Shown here in pieces: positions 19,298-28,204 of a stretch of DNA of 64,000 nucleotides; positions within the stretch are counted from its first letter, which is position 1, and every line of letters starts with the position of its first letter. A program made the position numbers and the translations under genes. Under the pieces are notes generated by a model that saw only the letters and a program-made list of their open reading frames with translations, was not told the DNA's origin and searched no databases. The DNA is taken from NCBI GenBank assembly GCA_014816185.1, contig GCA_014816185.1_4095.1. One strand, 5' to 3'. This stretch comes from a phage.

Positions 19298-20476
19298 TTA
19301 TCGGTTAAATTTAAAATCTGTTATGTGTGTCCATGTATGATTTAATGGTGTACTCAATGGTGTAAAGCCAGCAGGGTCTGACCACGTTGAACCACATGCG
19401 TACATAAATTGATTGCCAGTACAATCCATTATAGCATAAGAACGTGTTGCTGTACCACATTTGAATCCAACTGCACTACTTGGGGTCGGTAATACTTCAA
19501 ATGTAGGTGCATTTGAAGTATTACCCCCATTTTTTGTTCCAGCTATGTACAGAACTCCATTAGTATCAATGATTAAGTTAGTCCAATATGCTTGTTCTCG
19601 ACCAGCATAAAAATATGTTAAATCACCGGGTACAAATGGTAACGTACCTTTATATAGTGTAGTATTAACATCCACTGGTGCTCCAGATACACCCCATGAA
19701 CTCATATAGTTTCTCCCACTTGCGTAGAATGTAGTTCCTTTACCGTAAAGTATTAATGATGCATGACTTGTTCGCATTGCATTATATTCAAACTCAGGAT
19801 CATCAGTAGCGTCCTTAAAAATCTGTGTCCATGTTGTTATATAGCCAGTAGTTGTAACACCCATTTGATAATAATAATTATCACCAGTAGCATAGAATTG
19901 TTTAGGGCCAGTTTGTACAATTGCATTCCTATTAGTTAACCAAAAATCTAATGTATTAGTCATGATCTTGGTGGGTGTGAAATTCGCCACGGTATTTCCT
20001 TTTCCGAAATAACCCTTAGCGTTATCTCCATGACCCCATAAATCACCATTAGTTGTGCGTAGGAATAATGTACCAGAATTGAATACAACTTTTTCTATAG
20101 TACTTATATCAATACCAACAGAAGTGTAATTCGTTGTAAAATCTTGAAAAGTACCCCAAAAATTAGATGAACCATTAAACATGACTTGACTACCAGTGTA
20201 CTTCACTTTATTATCTTTAGTGATAAGTAATGTCCCCCACGATGCCGCGAACATTAACTTAACATTTTCCATAACAAAGTATGGCTTACCGTATGCTGAC
20301 GCGGTAGAGTTCAAACCTAATAGTTGTCTATTATTACTACAACCCCATACTTCGCCGTTATCCAAAAGCATCAACATAGTAGGTTTACCAGATAATACAG
20401 ACAAAAAGAAATCTTTTGGTGTTGGTACACCAGGTGCAATATTCCCATAATCAAACATTCTAACAAAAGGTAACAT
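19298..20476 (-). CDS. MLPF-family protein 11
   Basis: MLPFVRMFDYGNIAP; body Trp/Tyr/Thr-rich and more divergent. Confidence 0.6.
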   Translation of the reverse strand: MLPFVRMFDYGNIAPGVPTPKDFFLSVLSGKPTMLMLLDNGEVWGCSNNRQLLGLNSTASAYGKPYFVMENVKLMFAASWGTLLITKDNKVKYTGSQVMFNGSSNFWGTFQDFTTNYTSVGIDISTIEKVVFNSGTLFLRTTNGDLWGHGDNAKGYFGKGNTVANFTPTKIMTNTLDFWLTNRNAIVQTGPKQFYATGDNYYYQMGVTTTGYITTWTQIFKDATDDPEFEYNAMRTSHASLILYGKGTTFYASGRNYMSSWGVSGAPVDVNTTLYKGTLPFVPGDLTYFYAGREQAYWTNLIIDTNGVLYIAGTKNGGNTSNAPTFEVLPTPSSAVGFKCGTATRSYAIMDCTGNQFMYACGSTWSDPAGFTPLSTPLNHTWTHITDFKFNR

Positions 20477-20579
20477 AATTCCCTCCTTTATTCATTATAT
20501 CATATTTACCTCCTAAAGAAAACCCTTGACACCCTTTCAGTACTGGTGTACTATAGAAGGAATATAAGGAGAACTGTAC
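20477..20579. promoter_or_regulatory. divergent promoter region (partial MLPF cassette on minus; TTGACA-17-TACTAT on plus)
   Basis: plus-strand TTGACA ccctttcagtactggtg TACTAT then AAGGAG and ATG 20580. Confidence 0.4.
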
Positions 20580-20807
20580 ATGACAACTACACTTAAGTAC
20601 TACATTAATACTCTAAATGAACTAGAGTACGCGAAGTTTCTCGCGGATAGTTCGTGGCTAATTGAGCTAAAAACACATAACAGTACTGGATGTAACCTTA
20701 TGCTGAACAATGCACTTGATACCCTTGTAGTGAGTATTTTACACAGCAACATCTGCGGGAATAGCAATAAACAATTATCAAAAATCTTAGTACTGGTAGC
20801 TCTATGA
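20580..20807 (+). CDS. small protein, divergent first member of ~60-aa tandem family
   Basis: 75 aa; KYYINTL N-term, LVLVAL C-term. Confidence 0.5.
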   Translation: MTTTLKYYINTLNELEYAKFLADSSWLIELKTHNSTGCNLMLNNALDTLVVSILHSNICGNSNKQLSKILVLVAL

Positions 20808-21016
20808 ACACTATGAACATTGAACAGTACTACATCGATGCACTACCAACAAAAGGTCTACGAGAAAGCCTACTGTATACACAAAATAATTATATAAACT
20901 TCAAACATTGTCCTAAACTCTTGAACTCGTACAGGAATAATAAAATAAGAAATGCTGTACAAGGGGTAGAAAGTATGCAATACTATTACATCCTAACCCT
21001 TTTAATCGAGCACTAA
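20804..21016 (+). CDS. ~60-aa family member
   Basis: N-term QYYIDALP, C-term YYILTLLIEH; ATGA overlap. Confidence 0.55.
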   Translation: MNTMNIEQYYIDALPTKGLRESLLYTQNNYINFKHCPKLLNSYRNNKIRNAVQGVESMQYYYILTLLIEH

Positions 21017-21017
21017 T

Positions 21018-21203
21018 ATGTATAAAGAATTCTACTGTAGTAAGCTGCACAAACAATACAGAGATTCATTTCCAAATGAACCTATGGATATGAATAGTCC
21101 CTTTTATAAATTTGACTTCAGACTGGAGACACGTTATGCAATAGAACATCAATTTCCTGAAACTAAGTACTTATCTATCATGAACCTCATCTTTAAGTTC
21201 TAA
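21018..21203 (+). CDS. ~60-aa family member
   Basis: MYKEFY..; C-term YLSIMNLIFKF. Confidence 0.55.
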   Translation: MYKEFYCSKLHKQYRDSFPNEPMDMNSPFYKFDFRLETRYAIEHQFPETKYLSIMNLIFKF

Positions 21204-21214
21204 AAGAGTACTAT

Positions 21215-21427
21215 ATGAAAACTATGAACATACACCAGTACTACTTAGATATTCTCCCTAAAGATGTACAGTTCATCCTTAAACAAGAATACAGTACTTT
21301 AAAAAACCTTAAAAGAACCGCACCGAATGTATTAATCCTGCACCAAGAAAATGTAGTTGATAATATTCTACAAGGTGTACCAGGGACCGAGTACTTTAAC
21401 ATAATAAGGCTAATTACATTACCATGA
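21215..21427 (+). CDS. ~60-aa family member
   Basis: QYYLDILP..YFNIIRLITLP. Confidence 0.55.
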   Translation: MKTMNIHQYYLDILPKDVQFILKQEYSTLKNLKRTAPNVLILHQENVVDNILQGVPGTEYFNIIRLITLP

Positions 21428-21609
21428 ATCATATATTATACTATTACCAAAATCTATCCGACAGGGACAAGTACACCCACAACTCCAATGTATGGTACTA
21501 CAAACGCGGTAGTATAAGAGACAAACAACATTACTTCTGTATTGCTATAAAAGAAGCACTAACAACTAAGTACACGTACAGAGCAGTACTGAAACTTATT
21601 GATATGTAA
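21424..21609 (+). CDS. ~60-aa family member
   Basis: C-term YTYRAVLKLIDM. Confidence 0.55.
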   Translation: MNHILYYYQNLSDRDKYTHNSNVWYYKRGSIRDKQHYFCIAIKEALTTKYTYRAVLKLIDM

Positions 21610-21619
21610 AGAGAATACT

Positions 21620-21802
21620 ATGAGCATTGAATTGTACTTAAGTAAATTACAGCCTGGCGATAGATTCATCTACAATAAGTTCGAATTCAACTACAAGAAC
21701 GGGAGCAACAAATATCGTCGAGGATACCTATATACAAGCACAAGAGATGCACAAAACGAAAAGTACACATACAGAGAAGTACTTAAACTAATCTCTATTT
21801 GA
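21620..21802 (+). CDS. ~60-aa family member
   Basis: start at ATG 21620 (MSIELY); track start 21599 is TTG; C-term YTYREVLKLISI. Confidence 0.5.
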   Translation: MSIELYLSKLQPGDRFIYNKFEFNYKNGSNKYRRGYLYTSTRDAQNEKYTYREVLKLISI

Positions 21803-21810
21803 GGTAATAT

Positions 21811-21996
21811 ATGAATACATTTGAGTACTATACCAATAAACTATCTATGCCTGAAAGATCTCATCTCTATGTGTGGAGAAATGCGTATAAAAGCGGCAAT
21901 AAACTTATACAAAGAAATTCCCTTACAGTGTGTACAAATTTAATTAAAGCAGAGTACCGCACATATATTGAAGTACTCAAACTGATAGCAATATAA
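21811..21996 (+). CDS. ~60-aa family member
   Basis: MNTFEYYTNKLS..YIEVLKLIAI. Confidence 0.55.
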   Translation: MNTFEYYTNKLSMPERSHLYVWRNAYKSGNKLIQRNSLTVCTNLIKAEYRTYIEVLKLIAI

Positions 21997-22004
21997 GGTA
22001 CTCT

Positions 22005-22172
22005 ATGCAAGAATTCTATATCTATAACCTCCAGCACAAAGATAGATACAACTATAATAAATTCCAAAGGTACTACACAGTCGGGAACAAAAGAGATAAA
22101 AAACGTTATCTACTCTCGTGTACAGTAGAAGCACAAAACGAAAAGTACACGTACAGAGAAGTACTTAAACTA
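22005..22172 (+). CDS. ~60-aa family member with 1-nt deletion near 3' end
   Basis: MQEFYIYNL..; aaaacgaaagtac here vs aaaacgaaaagtac in paralog 21620..21802 shifts frame and removes the conserved YTYREVLKLISI tail. Confidence 0.35.
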
Positions 22173-22191
22173 ATCTCAATCTAAGGTAGAC

Positions 22192-22380
22192 ATGAACACT
22201 TTTGAGTACTACTTCAATAAACTAAACCACATAGAACAAAGTATGCACAACTCATTTATTCAGCACCATCAATCATCTGCACATGGAATTAAAAATATAT
22301 CGATTGAGATTATCACTACCCGTGTACTGTCATCTGAACGTTATATGTATATTGATGTACTGAAACTCATCTCTATGTAA
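22192..22380 (+). CDS. ~60-aa family member
   Basis: MNTFEYYFNKL..YIDVLKLISM. Confidence 0.55.
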   Translation: MNTFEYYFNKLNHIEQSMHNSFIQHHQSSAHGIKNISIEIITTRVLSSERYMYIDVLKLISM

Positions 22381-22388
22381 GGAATAAT

Positions 22389-22568
22389 ATGCAAGAATAC
22401 TATATAGAACACATAAGCATTAAAGACCGTTTCATGTACGACACCTTCGTGAAGTACTACAACCTGGCAACTAATAGTACTAAAAATATTAATCTCAATA
22501 GCTGCATTCATCACGCACTAACAAAAGATAATCCCTTCAGGGAAATCCTCGCTCTCGCATCTGTATAA
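22389..22568 (+). CDS. ~60-aa family member
   Basis: 59 aa MQEYYIEHIS..; below track threshold, read from sequence. Confidence 0.45.
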   Translation: MQEYYIEHISIKDRFMYDTFVKYYNLATNSTKNINLNSCIHHALTKDNPFREILALASV

Positions 22569-22578
22569 AGGAAACCAA

Positions 22579-23238
22579 ATGAAACTTAATGCACACAGCA
22601 AACAATACCTTAAGCACTTTAAGTACCTCAACAGTATTCAAGCAGAATCTATTACATCTGCATATACGTATCACCCAAATGTACTAAAGAAACGAAATAA
22701 AAAGAAAAAATCCAGAAATGTTCTCGTATCTAAGAACCTCAAATCGTACTTGAAGAAAAATAATATAGCTCTTGCTTTTATTAATATCTATAATACTGAT
22801 TTAAAAGTATTGAGTACTAATACCAGCACAAAAGCACTAAAGAATGCATCTATCTATATACACATGGATAATATCCCGTGCACTATAATTCTATCTTTCG
22901 GGAATGTATACTTCTTCGGGAATTGTAATAGCACCCATGATATCAGTACTGCACAATTCCAAATCGGCGATATGTACTGCATGGGTTCAGAAAAAATACA
23001 CGATAACATGCACTTCTTCCAAAAGCAACGTACTAACGAAACTGATACAGTACTGCAATTCCTAAAAGAACTACAAAACAAAGAATTAACACCAGAAGAA
23101 GAATTCATGTACAGTACTGTAATCGATAATCCAGAACTCTATAAAAACGCGTACAATCTAACAAAACATGTACAGGAACTTATCAGTACTGATAAGAAAT
23201 TTCATCACCTCATTACGTATATTTCAAACTATGTATAA
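22579..23238 (+). CDS. hypothetical protein (219 aa) embedded in array
   Basis: longer Lys-rich ORF, not obviously a family member. Confidence 0.5.
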   Translation: MKLNAHSKQYLKHFKYLNSIQAESITSAYTYHPNVLKKRNKKKKSRNVLVSKNLKSYLKKNNIALAFINIYNTDLKVLSTNTSTKALKNASIYIHMDNIPCTIILSFGNVYFFGNCNSTHDISTAQFQIGDMYCMGSEKIHDNMHFFQKQRTNETDTVLQFLKELQNKELTPEEEFMYSTVIDNPELYKNAYNLTKHVQELISTDKKFHHLITYISNYV

Positions 23239-23404
23239 AGAATTCTACCTCTCGTACCTTAATTCCGATATAGTAACATCCAATACCTTCAGTACTAAAA
23301 TTATCTATAATGAAGTAATGAAAGAATGTATTAAAGGTGCTATTAACCCTAAAGATACGTATGACTTGTACTATGCAGTACTAACCCTTGTTTTCACGAA
23401 ATAA
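23231..23404 (+). CDS. ~60-aa family member
   Basis: MYKEFYLSYL..YYAVLTLVFTK; overlaps previous stop. Confidence 0.5.
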   Translation: MYKEFYLSYLNSDIVTSNTFSTKIIYNEVMKECIKGAINPKDTYDLYYAVLTLVFTK

Positions 23405-23412
23405 CACATAAT

Positions 23413-23604
23413 ATGAATAACCACAAAGAATACTACATAGAGAAACTCCCAATGTATCTCCAACACCTTGTACCAACAGAACCATTGCGTATAGAAAAAG
23501 ACTACGAAAAAGACTACTTCGTTAAGTGCACTAAATCCTCGATAGATATTGAGGACTATAATCGAGTACTGTATCACATCCTTTTACTAATATATAAGTA
23601 CTAA
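23413..23604 (+). CDS. ~60-aa family member
   Basis: MNNHKEYYIEKLP..LLLIYKY. Confidence 0.55.
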   Translation: MNNHKEYYIEKLPMYLQHLVPTEPLRIEKDYEKDYFVKCTKSSIDIEDYNRVLYHILLLIYKY

Positions 23605-23605
23605 T

Positions 23606-23794
23606 ATGAATAACCACAAAGAATACTACACACAATTTCTCCCCAGTATTTTTGAACACTACGCCAGATATAAAGTCCCTCTGGATAACGATTTGGCAGT
23701 ACTGGGATTCAATAATTGCATAGAACGCAGTATAGAAAATAGTAGTAGCTATGACCAATTATATAACACTATCCTACTTATATTCAGGTACTAA
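23606..23794 (+). CDS. ~60-aa family member
   Basis: MNNHKEYYTQFLP..ILLIFRY. Confidence 0.55.
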   Translation: MNNHKEYYTQFLPSIFEHYARYKVPLDNDLAVLGFNNCIERSIENSSSYDQLYNTILLIFRY

Positions 23795-23795
23795 T

Positions 23796-23984
23796 ATGCA
23801 TAAAGAATACTACACAAAATATTTCCCAATGTACCTCAGTACTAATCTATTAGATAAACCTCGCGGTATCAATGCTCAAAACGATAAAGTGTACTTTACT
23901 ATGTGCACTAAAGCATGTATACTAGATTTTGATAGCTATCATCGAGTACTGTATCATACACTGTACCTAGCTTTCGTGTACTAA
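23796..23984 (+). CDS. ~60-aa family member
   Basis: start at MHKEYYTKYFP (23796). Confidence 0.5.
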   Translation: MHKEYYTKYFPMYLSTNLLDKPRGINAQNDKVYFTMCTKACILDFDSYHRVLYHTLYLAFVY

Positions 23985-23994
23985 AGAGGCCAAT

Positions 23995-24201
23995 ATGAAC
24001 GAACAGAAAGAATTTTACACCAAACACCTCAGTGCATCAGAACAAATGTTTCTAAGGAGTGTATCACCTTTACGTTTAGATACACCACACGCCAGAGATT
24101 GCTTTAATAATTGTATACGTATTACTCTAGAAGCTTTAGAAAACAATAACAAAAATATTCAGTACTCAGGCGTAATGGGACTAATATTCTTCTATGAATA
24201 A
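23995..24201 (+). CDS. ~60-aa family member
   Basis: MNEQKEFYTKHLS..GLIFFYE. Confidence 0.55.
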   Translation: MNEQKEFYTKHLSASEQMFLRSVSPLRLDTPHARDCFNNCIRITLEALENNNKNIQYSGVMGLIFFYE

Positions 24202-24382
24202 CAAAGAATTCTACTTAAACCATCTGGAACTAAACTCCCAAATGCTTATACCACTAAACCCAATAGATATCAAGGATAAGAAAAATACCAAACAATTCCA
24301 CTACCACACACTATGTGCTATCAACCCAGATTATAATACATATAAACTGTACTACATTCTCGCCCTAATATACAGGTACTAA
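24194..24382 (+). CDS. ~60-aa family member
   Basis: MNNKEFYLNHL..LALIYRY. Confidence 0.55.
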   Translation: MNNKEFYLNHLELNSQMLIPLNPIDIKDKKNTKQFHYHTLCAINPDYNTYKLYYILALIYRY

Positions 24383-24383
24383 C

Positions 24384-24569
24384 ATGCATAGAGAATACTA
24401 CACACAATTTGTTAAAGGGAACTACAAACACGCCGTCCCCGTAAACCCCTTAAATTCTAATGACCCAAGTACTATATTCTTGTTCCATGACGCAATACGT
24501 ACAGTACTCAATACTAAAGATGAACAGGTGCAGTACGTATTCTTACTATTACTTATATACAGACACTAA
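24384..24569 (+). CDS. ~60-aa family member
   Basis: MHREYYTQFV..LLLIYRH. Confidence 0.55.
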   Translation: MHREYYTQFVKGNYKHAVPVNPLNSNDPSTIFLFHDAIRTVLNTKDEQVQYVFLLLLIYRH

Positions 24570-24574
24570 CTAAT

Positions 24575-24784
24575 ATGAATACAGAACATAAAGAATTCTA
24601 CTCCAAACACCTCAGCCCATCAGAACAAATGTTTCTAAGGACTACAGCACCTTTAAGTACTGATACATATTTCGGCAGAGTATGCTACAATAATTGTATT
24701 CAAATGACTTTAAACGCAAACGCCAATAATAACAGTACTAATATGTACTCCGGCATCATAGGTATACTATTTCTATATGAATAA
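24575..24784 (+). CDS. ~60-aa family member
   Basis: close paralog of 23995 (KEFYSKHLSPSEQMFLR). Confidence 0.55.
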   Translation: MNTEHKEFYSKHLSPSEQMFLRTTAPLSTDTYFGRVCYNNCIQMTLNANANNNSTNMYSGIIGILFLYE

Positions 24785-24959
24785 AGAACATAAAGACTTC
24801 TACATAAGAAAACTGACATTCGTCCCCGTAAAAATATATAAAGAATGCGACCCAAGATTATACCTATGGCACTTCAATGAGTGCATAAAAGATTCTATAT
24901 ACCCTAAGAACTACAAAGAACAATTGATCTCAGTACTAACACTAGTACTATCATATTAA
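24777..24959 (+). CDS. ~60-aa family member
   Basis: MNKEHKDFYIRKL.. Confidence 0.55.
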   Translation: MNKEHKDFYIRKLTFVPVKIYKECDPRLYLWHFNECIKDSIYPKNYKEQLISVLTLVLSY

Positions 24960-24972
24960 TAGAGATAATACT

Positions 24973-25164
24973 ATGCATAAAGACTATAAAGAGTACTATA
25001 TAAGTAAACTAAAAGAAAACGAACAAGCATGGGTTAACAATTTAATCCCCCTGGCAATGACTCAATACGAATTTAATATGTGTACAAAGATTGTTTTAAC
25101 TAGTAATGATATCTCTAATACGTACTACTTCCTATTAAGAGTACTATATGGTACTTTGAAATAA
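24973..25164 (+). CDS. ~60-aa family member
   Basis: MHKDYKEYYISKL.. Confidence 0.55.
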   Translation: MHKDYKEYYISKLKENEQAWVNNLIPLAMTQYEFNMCTKIVLTSNDISNTYYFLLRVLYGTLK

Positions 25165-25175
25165 TAAGGTATACT

Positions 25176-25382
25176 ATGCAGAACATAAAAAACTATAAAG
25201 AGTACTATATAAGTAAACTACCACCGACTGACCAAGCATGGATTAGATCTATAATAGTACTGGCATTTAATAGATATGCATTTAATAGATGTACCGAGAT
25301 TGCTATAGACCCTTATAATATTAAAGAGAATGTACAGCATAATCAGTACTACTATATGTTAATGCTTATATATAGGAAGTAA
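25176..25382 (+). CDS. ~60-aa family member
   Basis: NYKEYYISKLPPTDQAW.. paralog of 24973. Confidence 0.55.
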   Translation: MQNIKNYKEYYISKLPPTDQAWIRSIIVLAFNRYAFNRCTEIAIDPYNIKENVQHNQYYYMLMLIYRK

Positions 25383-26049
25383 TTCAACATATAGACAGGG
25401 GAAGCTCCGCAGGGAAAGCATTGGACAGGCTTTAACATATGTTATATATGTTAAAATTCAGCCTGGACAAATGCGATCACTAGGATTCTCCCCAGGCTAA
25501 ACCCCGTAATCATATGTAGTCATAAGTAATCATATATAAACATTTAAGTAATCATTTATAATCACAGTAGTGATCAGTATTGAGTACTAGAGTGTAATAG
25601 AGTACAGGAATGTGCACGTTTAATCAAGAACGTAGCAGTACTGCCCCAAAAGTATTCAGTACTGAAGGTGGCGATATCCCACTAAGTAGGCAGAGGAAGT
25701 CTGCCGTACTTTGTAGTTTCCAAGCTCCTTTTCCATTTTGCAAATTACATCAAATGTAATCAAAAGTAATCACGCAATGATTAGTACTGAATTATTACTT
25801 TCACCTTAATTTCAATTACCCTTTTACCCTTCGGGGTAAAATTCAATTACCCCTTGAGGCTCCAGCAAAAAGTTGGTTAGTACTCCATCCTAAATCTCGA
25901 TCCTAAAAATTTTGGAGTACCTATGAAATAAAAGTTGGATCTTCGAAAGTTGAAATTTACGTTGGGACGTTTATGATTTGTGGGATATAATGATGTTTGT
26001 AGTCGGGTAGTTCTCAAGAATATCAGTACTGAAAGATGAAAGAAAGTTA

Positions 26050-26077
26050 TTGACTTTATGATTCAGTACTGTATAAT
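26050..26077 (+). promoter_or_regulatory. orphan sigma70-like promoter TTGACT-16-TATAAT (no ORF downstream)
   Basis: TTGACT 26050-26055, TATAAT 26072-26077; no ORF of 60 aa or more on plus strand until 27368. Confidence 0.4.
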
Positions 26078-26439
26078 GTTCTACATAGCTTCAAGGGGTG
26101 ATGAGTTGCTGCGAACAATTCATTTACTCTACCTCCTGTCGTGAGACAGTACAGAAAAGATAGTTCCTCCTGTGGTGGTACATCTTTTTGAACCTCATAT
26201 GAAAATCGTAATAACAGTACTGATATTAACAGAATGGTATCAGTACTGATTTTAATCTAAAGCATTATGCCACCAGCTTGTGCTGGTGGATTCCCTCTAA
26301 CAGTATTCAGTACTACATGATAGTCTTCATCCTCCTAGGGTAACATAGTGAGGGCTATGATGGCAGTACTGAATACTCCCTTTCAAAAGATAGATCTATG
26401 GTATAGTACTGACGGATTTTGGGTGTAGTTACCCTGGAT

Positions 26440-26600
26440 GGATTTTGGACGTAGATATGTCTAGCCCTCCAGAAGTCTGGAAGTAAAGATGGCTATCCAT
26501 CTAGACGGCTAAACGGCTAGATTTCTGGATGGCTGGATGGCTAGACGTTTGGACGGCTAAACGTCTAGATGGTTACACGTCTGGAAGTATAGACGGCTAA
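26440..26600. repeat. cluster of short direct repeats (iteron-like)
   Basis: repeated words CTAGACGG, GACGGCTAAAC, TCTGGAAGTA(A/T)AGA(T/C)GGCTA (two copies ~104 bp apart), tandem CTGGATGG. Confidence 0.5.
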
Positions 26601-27113
26601 ATCAAAATTTTATTTTGTTTTTTCCAATAGTTCCCCTACCGCGTGGGGATAGTTTCCCCGCAGTATCTGGAGTTAGATTTTTCTGAATCTGGAATCATTA
26701 TCTTATAAACTGGGGGCAATGTCAACGGCCTGGACGGATATTTTTAAAAATTTTTTCAGTACTGAATTTTGGGCGTAACTATGCACCCGGTGGGCTTGAG
26801 TCTTTCTCGACTTGATGGAACTATTATACAGTACTGGAAAAATAAAGCAATACCCTGGATGAAAAAAGTTTTAATTAATTTGCTTGCTATCCTGGGCCGG
26901 ACTATGGTACTATATTTCAGTACTGAGAAAGTGCGTTAACCTGCTAGGGTGCGGGAGTGTATCCTTTTTAAATTTTATGAATTTTGGACGGATCTTCCCA
27001 CCCCCTGGGGTATCCGCTTTCTCGCGTCTATGTAGTAATTATACGCTTTTTTAGTACTGAGTCAATAGCTAAAAACAAAATAATTGAAAATAATTTAACG
27101 CGTTTAAACGGCC

Positions 27114-27198
27114 TGTAACGCCCTGGATTGTTGGGAGTGGTGCAAATGTATAGCTTAGGTGTATTAATGCGTTAGAATGCGATTGAGGCCGTTTTACG
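27114..27198. repeat. inverted-repeat-bracketed segment containing CGTTAGAATGCGATTGAG motif
   Basis: AAACGGCC ... GGCCGTTT flank; motif recurs at ~33266 and ~37812. Confidence 0.35.
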
Positions 27199-27341
27199 GG
27201 GTGTAGTAGTGATTTGGTTGATTCAGTACTGAATAATAGTACTCCTATATAGAAAGATAGTTCCCCTGGATGGTTGCAGTACTGAATAATAGTACTCCTA
27301 TATAGAAAGAAAACTATTTTAAAAGTATTTGTAGAAAGTAC

Positions 27342-27401
27342 TTGCACCGTACTGATAAAAGCGTATAATGTTTTACATCGAGAGCGGGAACACTTCCCGC
27401 T
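27342..27401 (+). promoter_or_regulatory. PeSL-like cassette (early promoter + GGGAA/TTCCC stem-loop)
   Basis: TTGCAC 27342-27347, TATAAT 27364-27369, stem AGCGGGAA-cac-TTCCCGCT 27383-27401. Confidence 0.55.
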
Positions 27402-27424
27402 ACACATTAAGAGAGATTAAAACG

Positions 27425-27787
27425 ATGGCGACTCAAATCAATAAAATCATGCTTAACCTGGTAAACTTCCGCGAAGAGATGAAAGGTCTTCCGGCTGAAA
27501 CTGTAAAAATTCACATTGCAGCTTATCGGGAACTTATTGCAATGTTGCCGCTTAAGCGTGAACAATACGCCGCTACTTTGATGCTTGATTCAATGATCCA
27601 TGTAATGATCTCAAATGATTTAACGATGGTTTATCAGTACATGGGAGAAAATTTCGCGGTGTGTAGTAAGCCAGTACCAGGGATGGCAACTACTGAGGAA
27701 TTGCACGGTTTAAATTTAAAGCAAGATGCATGGGATAATATGCCTCGTTTCCTGGTATGGGCTGACAGTGGCAAAATTTACAAATAA
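27425..27787 (+). CDS. hypothetical protein
   Basis: start at ATG 27425 (MATQINK) after GAGAGA RBS; 120 aa. Confidence 0.5.
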   Translation: MATQINKIMLNLVNFREEMKGLPAETVKIHIAAYRELIAMLPLKREQYAATLMLDSMIHVMISNDLTMVYQYMGENFAVCSKPVPGMATTEELHGLNLKQDAWDNMPRFLVWADSGKIYK

Positions 27788-27801
27788 GTTTAATAAAGTA
27801 C

Positions 27802-27860
27802 TTGCATACTAAGTTAAAACAAGTATAATACTTTCTATCAGGTGGGGAATAGTTCCCCAC
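27802..27860 (+). promoter_or_regulatory. PeSL-like cassette
   Basis: TTGCAT 27802-27807, TATAAT 27824-27829, stem GTGGGGAA-tag-TTCCCCAC. Confidence 0.55.
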
Positions 27861-27879
27861 TATATAAGAGGATTAAAAA

Positions 27880-28119
27880 ATGGCTAAATCAAAAATGTTC
27901 TTAGGTCACAAAAACAAAACTCATTGGAATGTAAGCCTGTGGATTAATAACGATGAGGGATTGTATCGGTTGGCCCTGGATTTTATTAACGACAACACTA
28001 ATCGCAATGATGCGGCCCGTCATATGATGTTATTTTTAGAACAGACTGGACAAGATAAAACACCGGACGGATTCAAATATAGCACTACTGCGATCCGTGC
28101 GGCGATGGTTGGAATGTAA
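27880..28119 (+). CDS. hypothetical protein (paralog of 29918..30157)
   Basis: shares GHKNKTHWNVSLWINN..LYRLA and C-term TPDGFKYSTTAIRAAMVGM. Confidence 0.55.
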   Translation: MAKSKMFLGHKNKTHWNVSLWINNDEGLYRLALDFINDNTNRNDAARHMMLFLEQTGQDKTPDGFKYSTTAIRAAMVGM

Positions 28120-28204
28120 TAGAATTTATTTAAAGTACTATCATTTTTTGCGATAGTACTTTATAATAGTGTTTTATTCATACACCAACGATAAGGGTAA
28201 CAGC

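Noticed and set aside
27069-27407. 112-aa minus-strand ORF in the non-coding region
   Set aside because: No RBS, runs through PeSL promoter and hairpin sequence, no paralogs; likely spurious.
25383-27420. tRNA gene cluster, which T4-type phages often carry in this kind of region
   Set aside because: Scanning by eye I found no GTTCGAATC/GTTCAAATC-type T-arm with matching acceptor stems; only an incidental TTCGAAAG word. Needs tRNAscan-SE to be sure.
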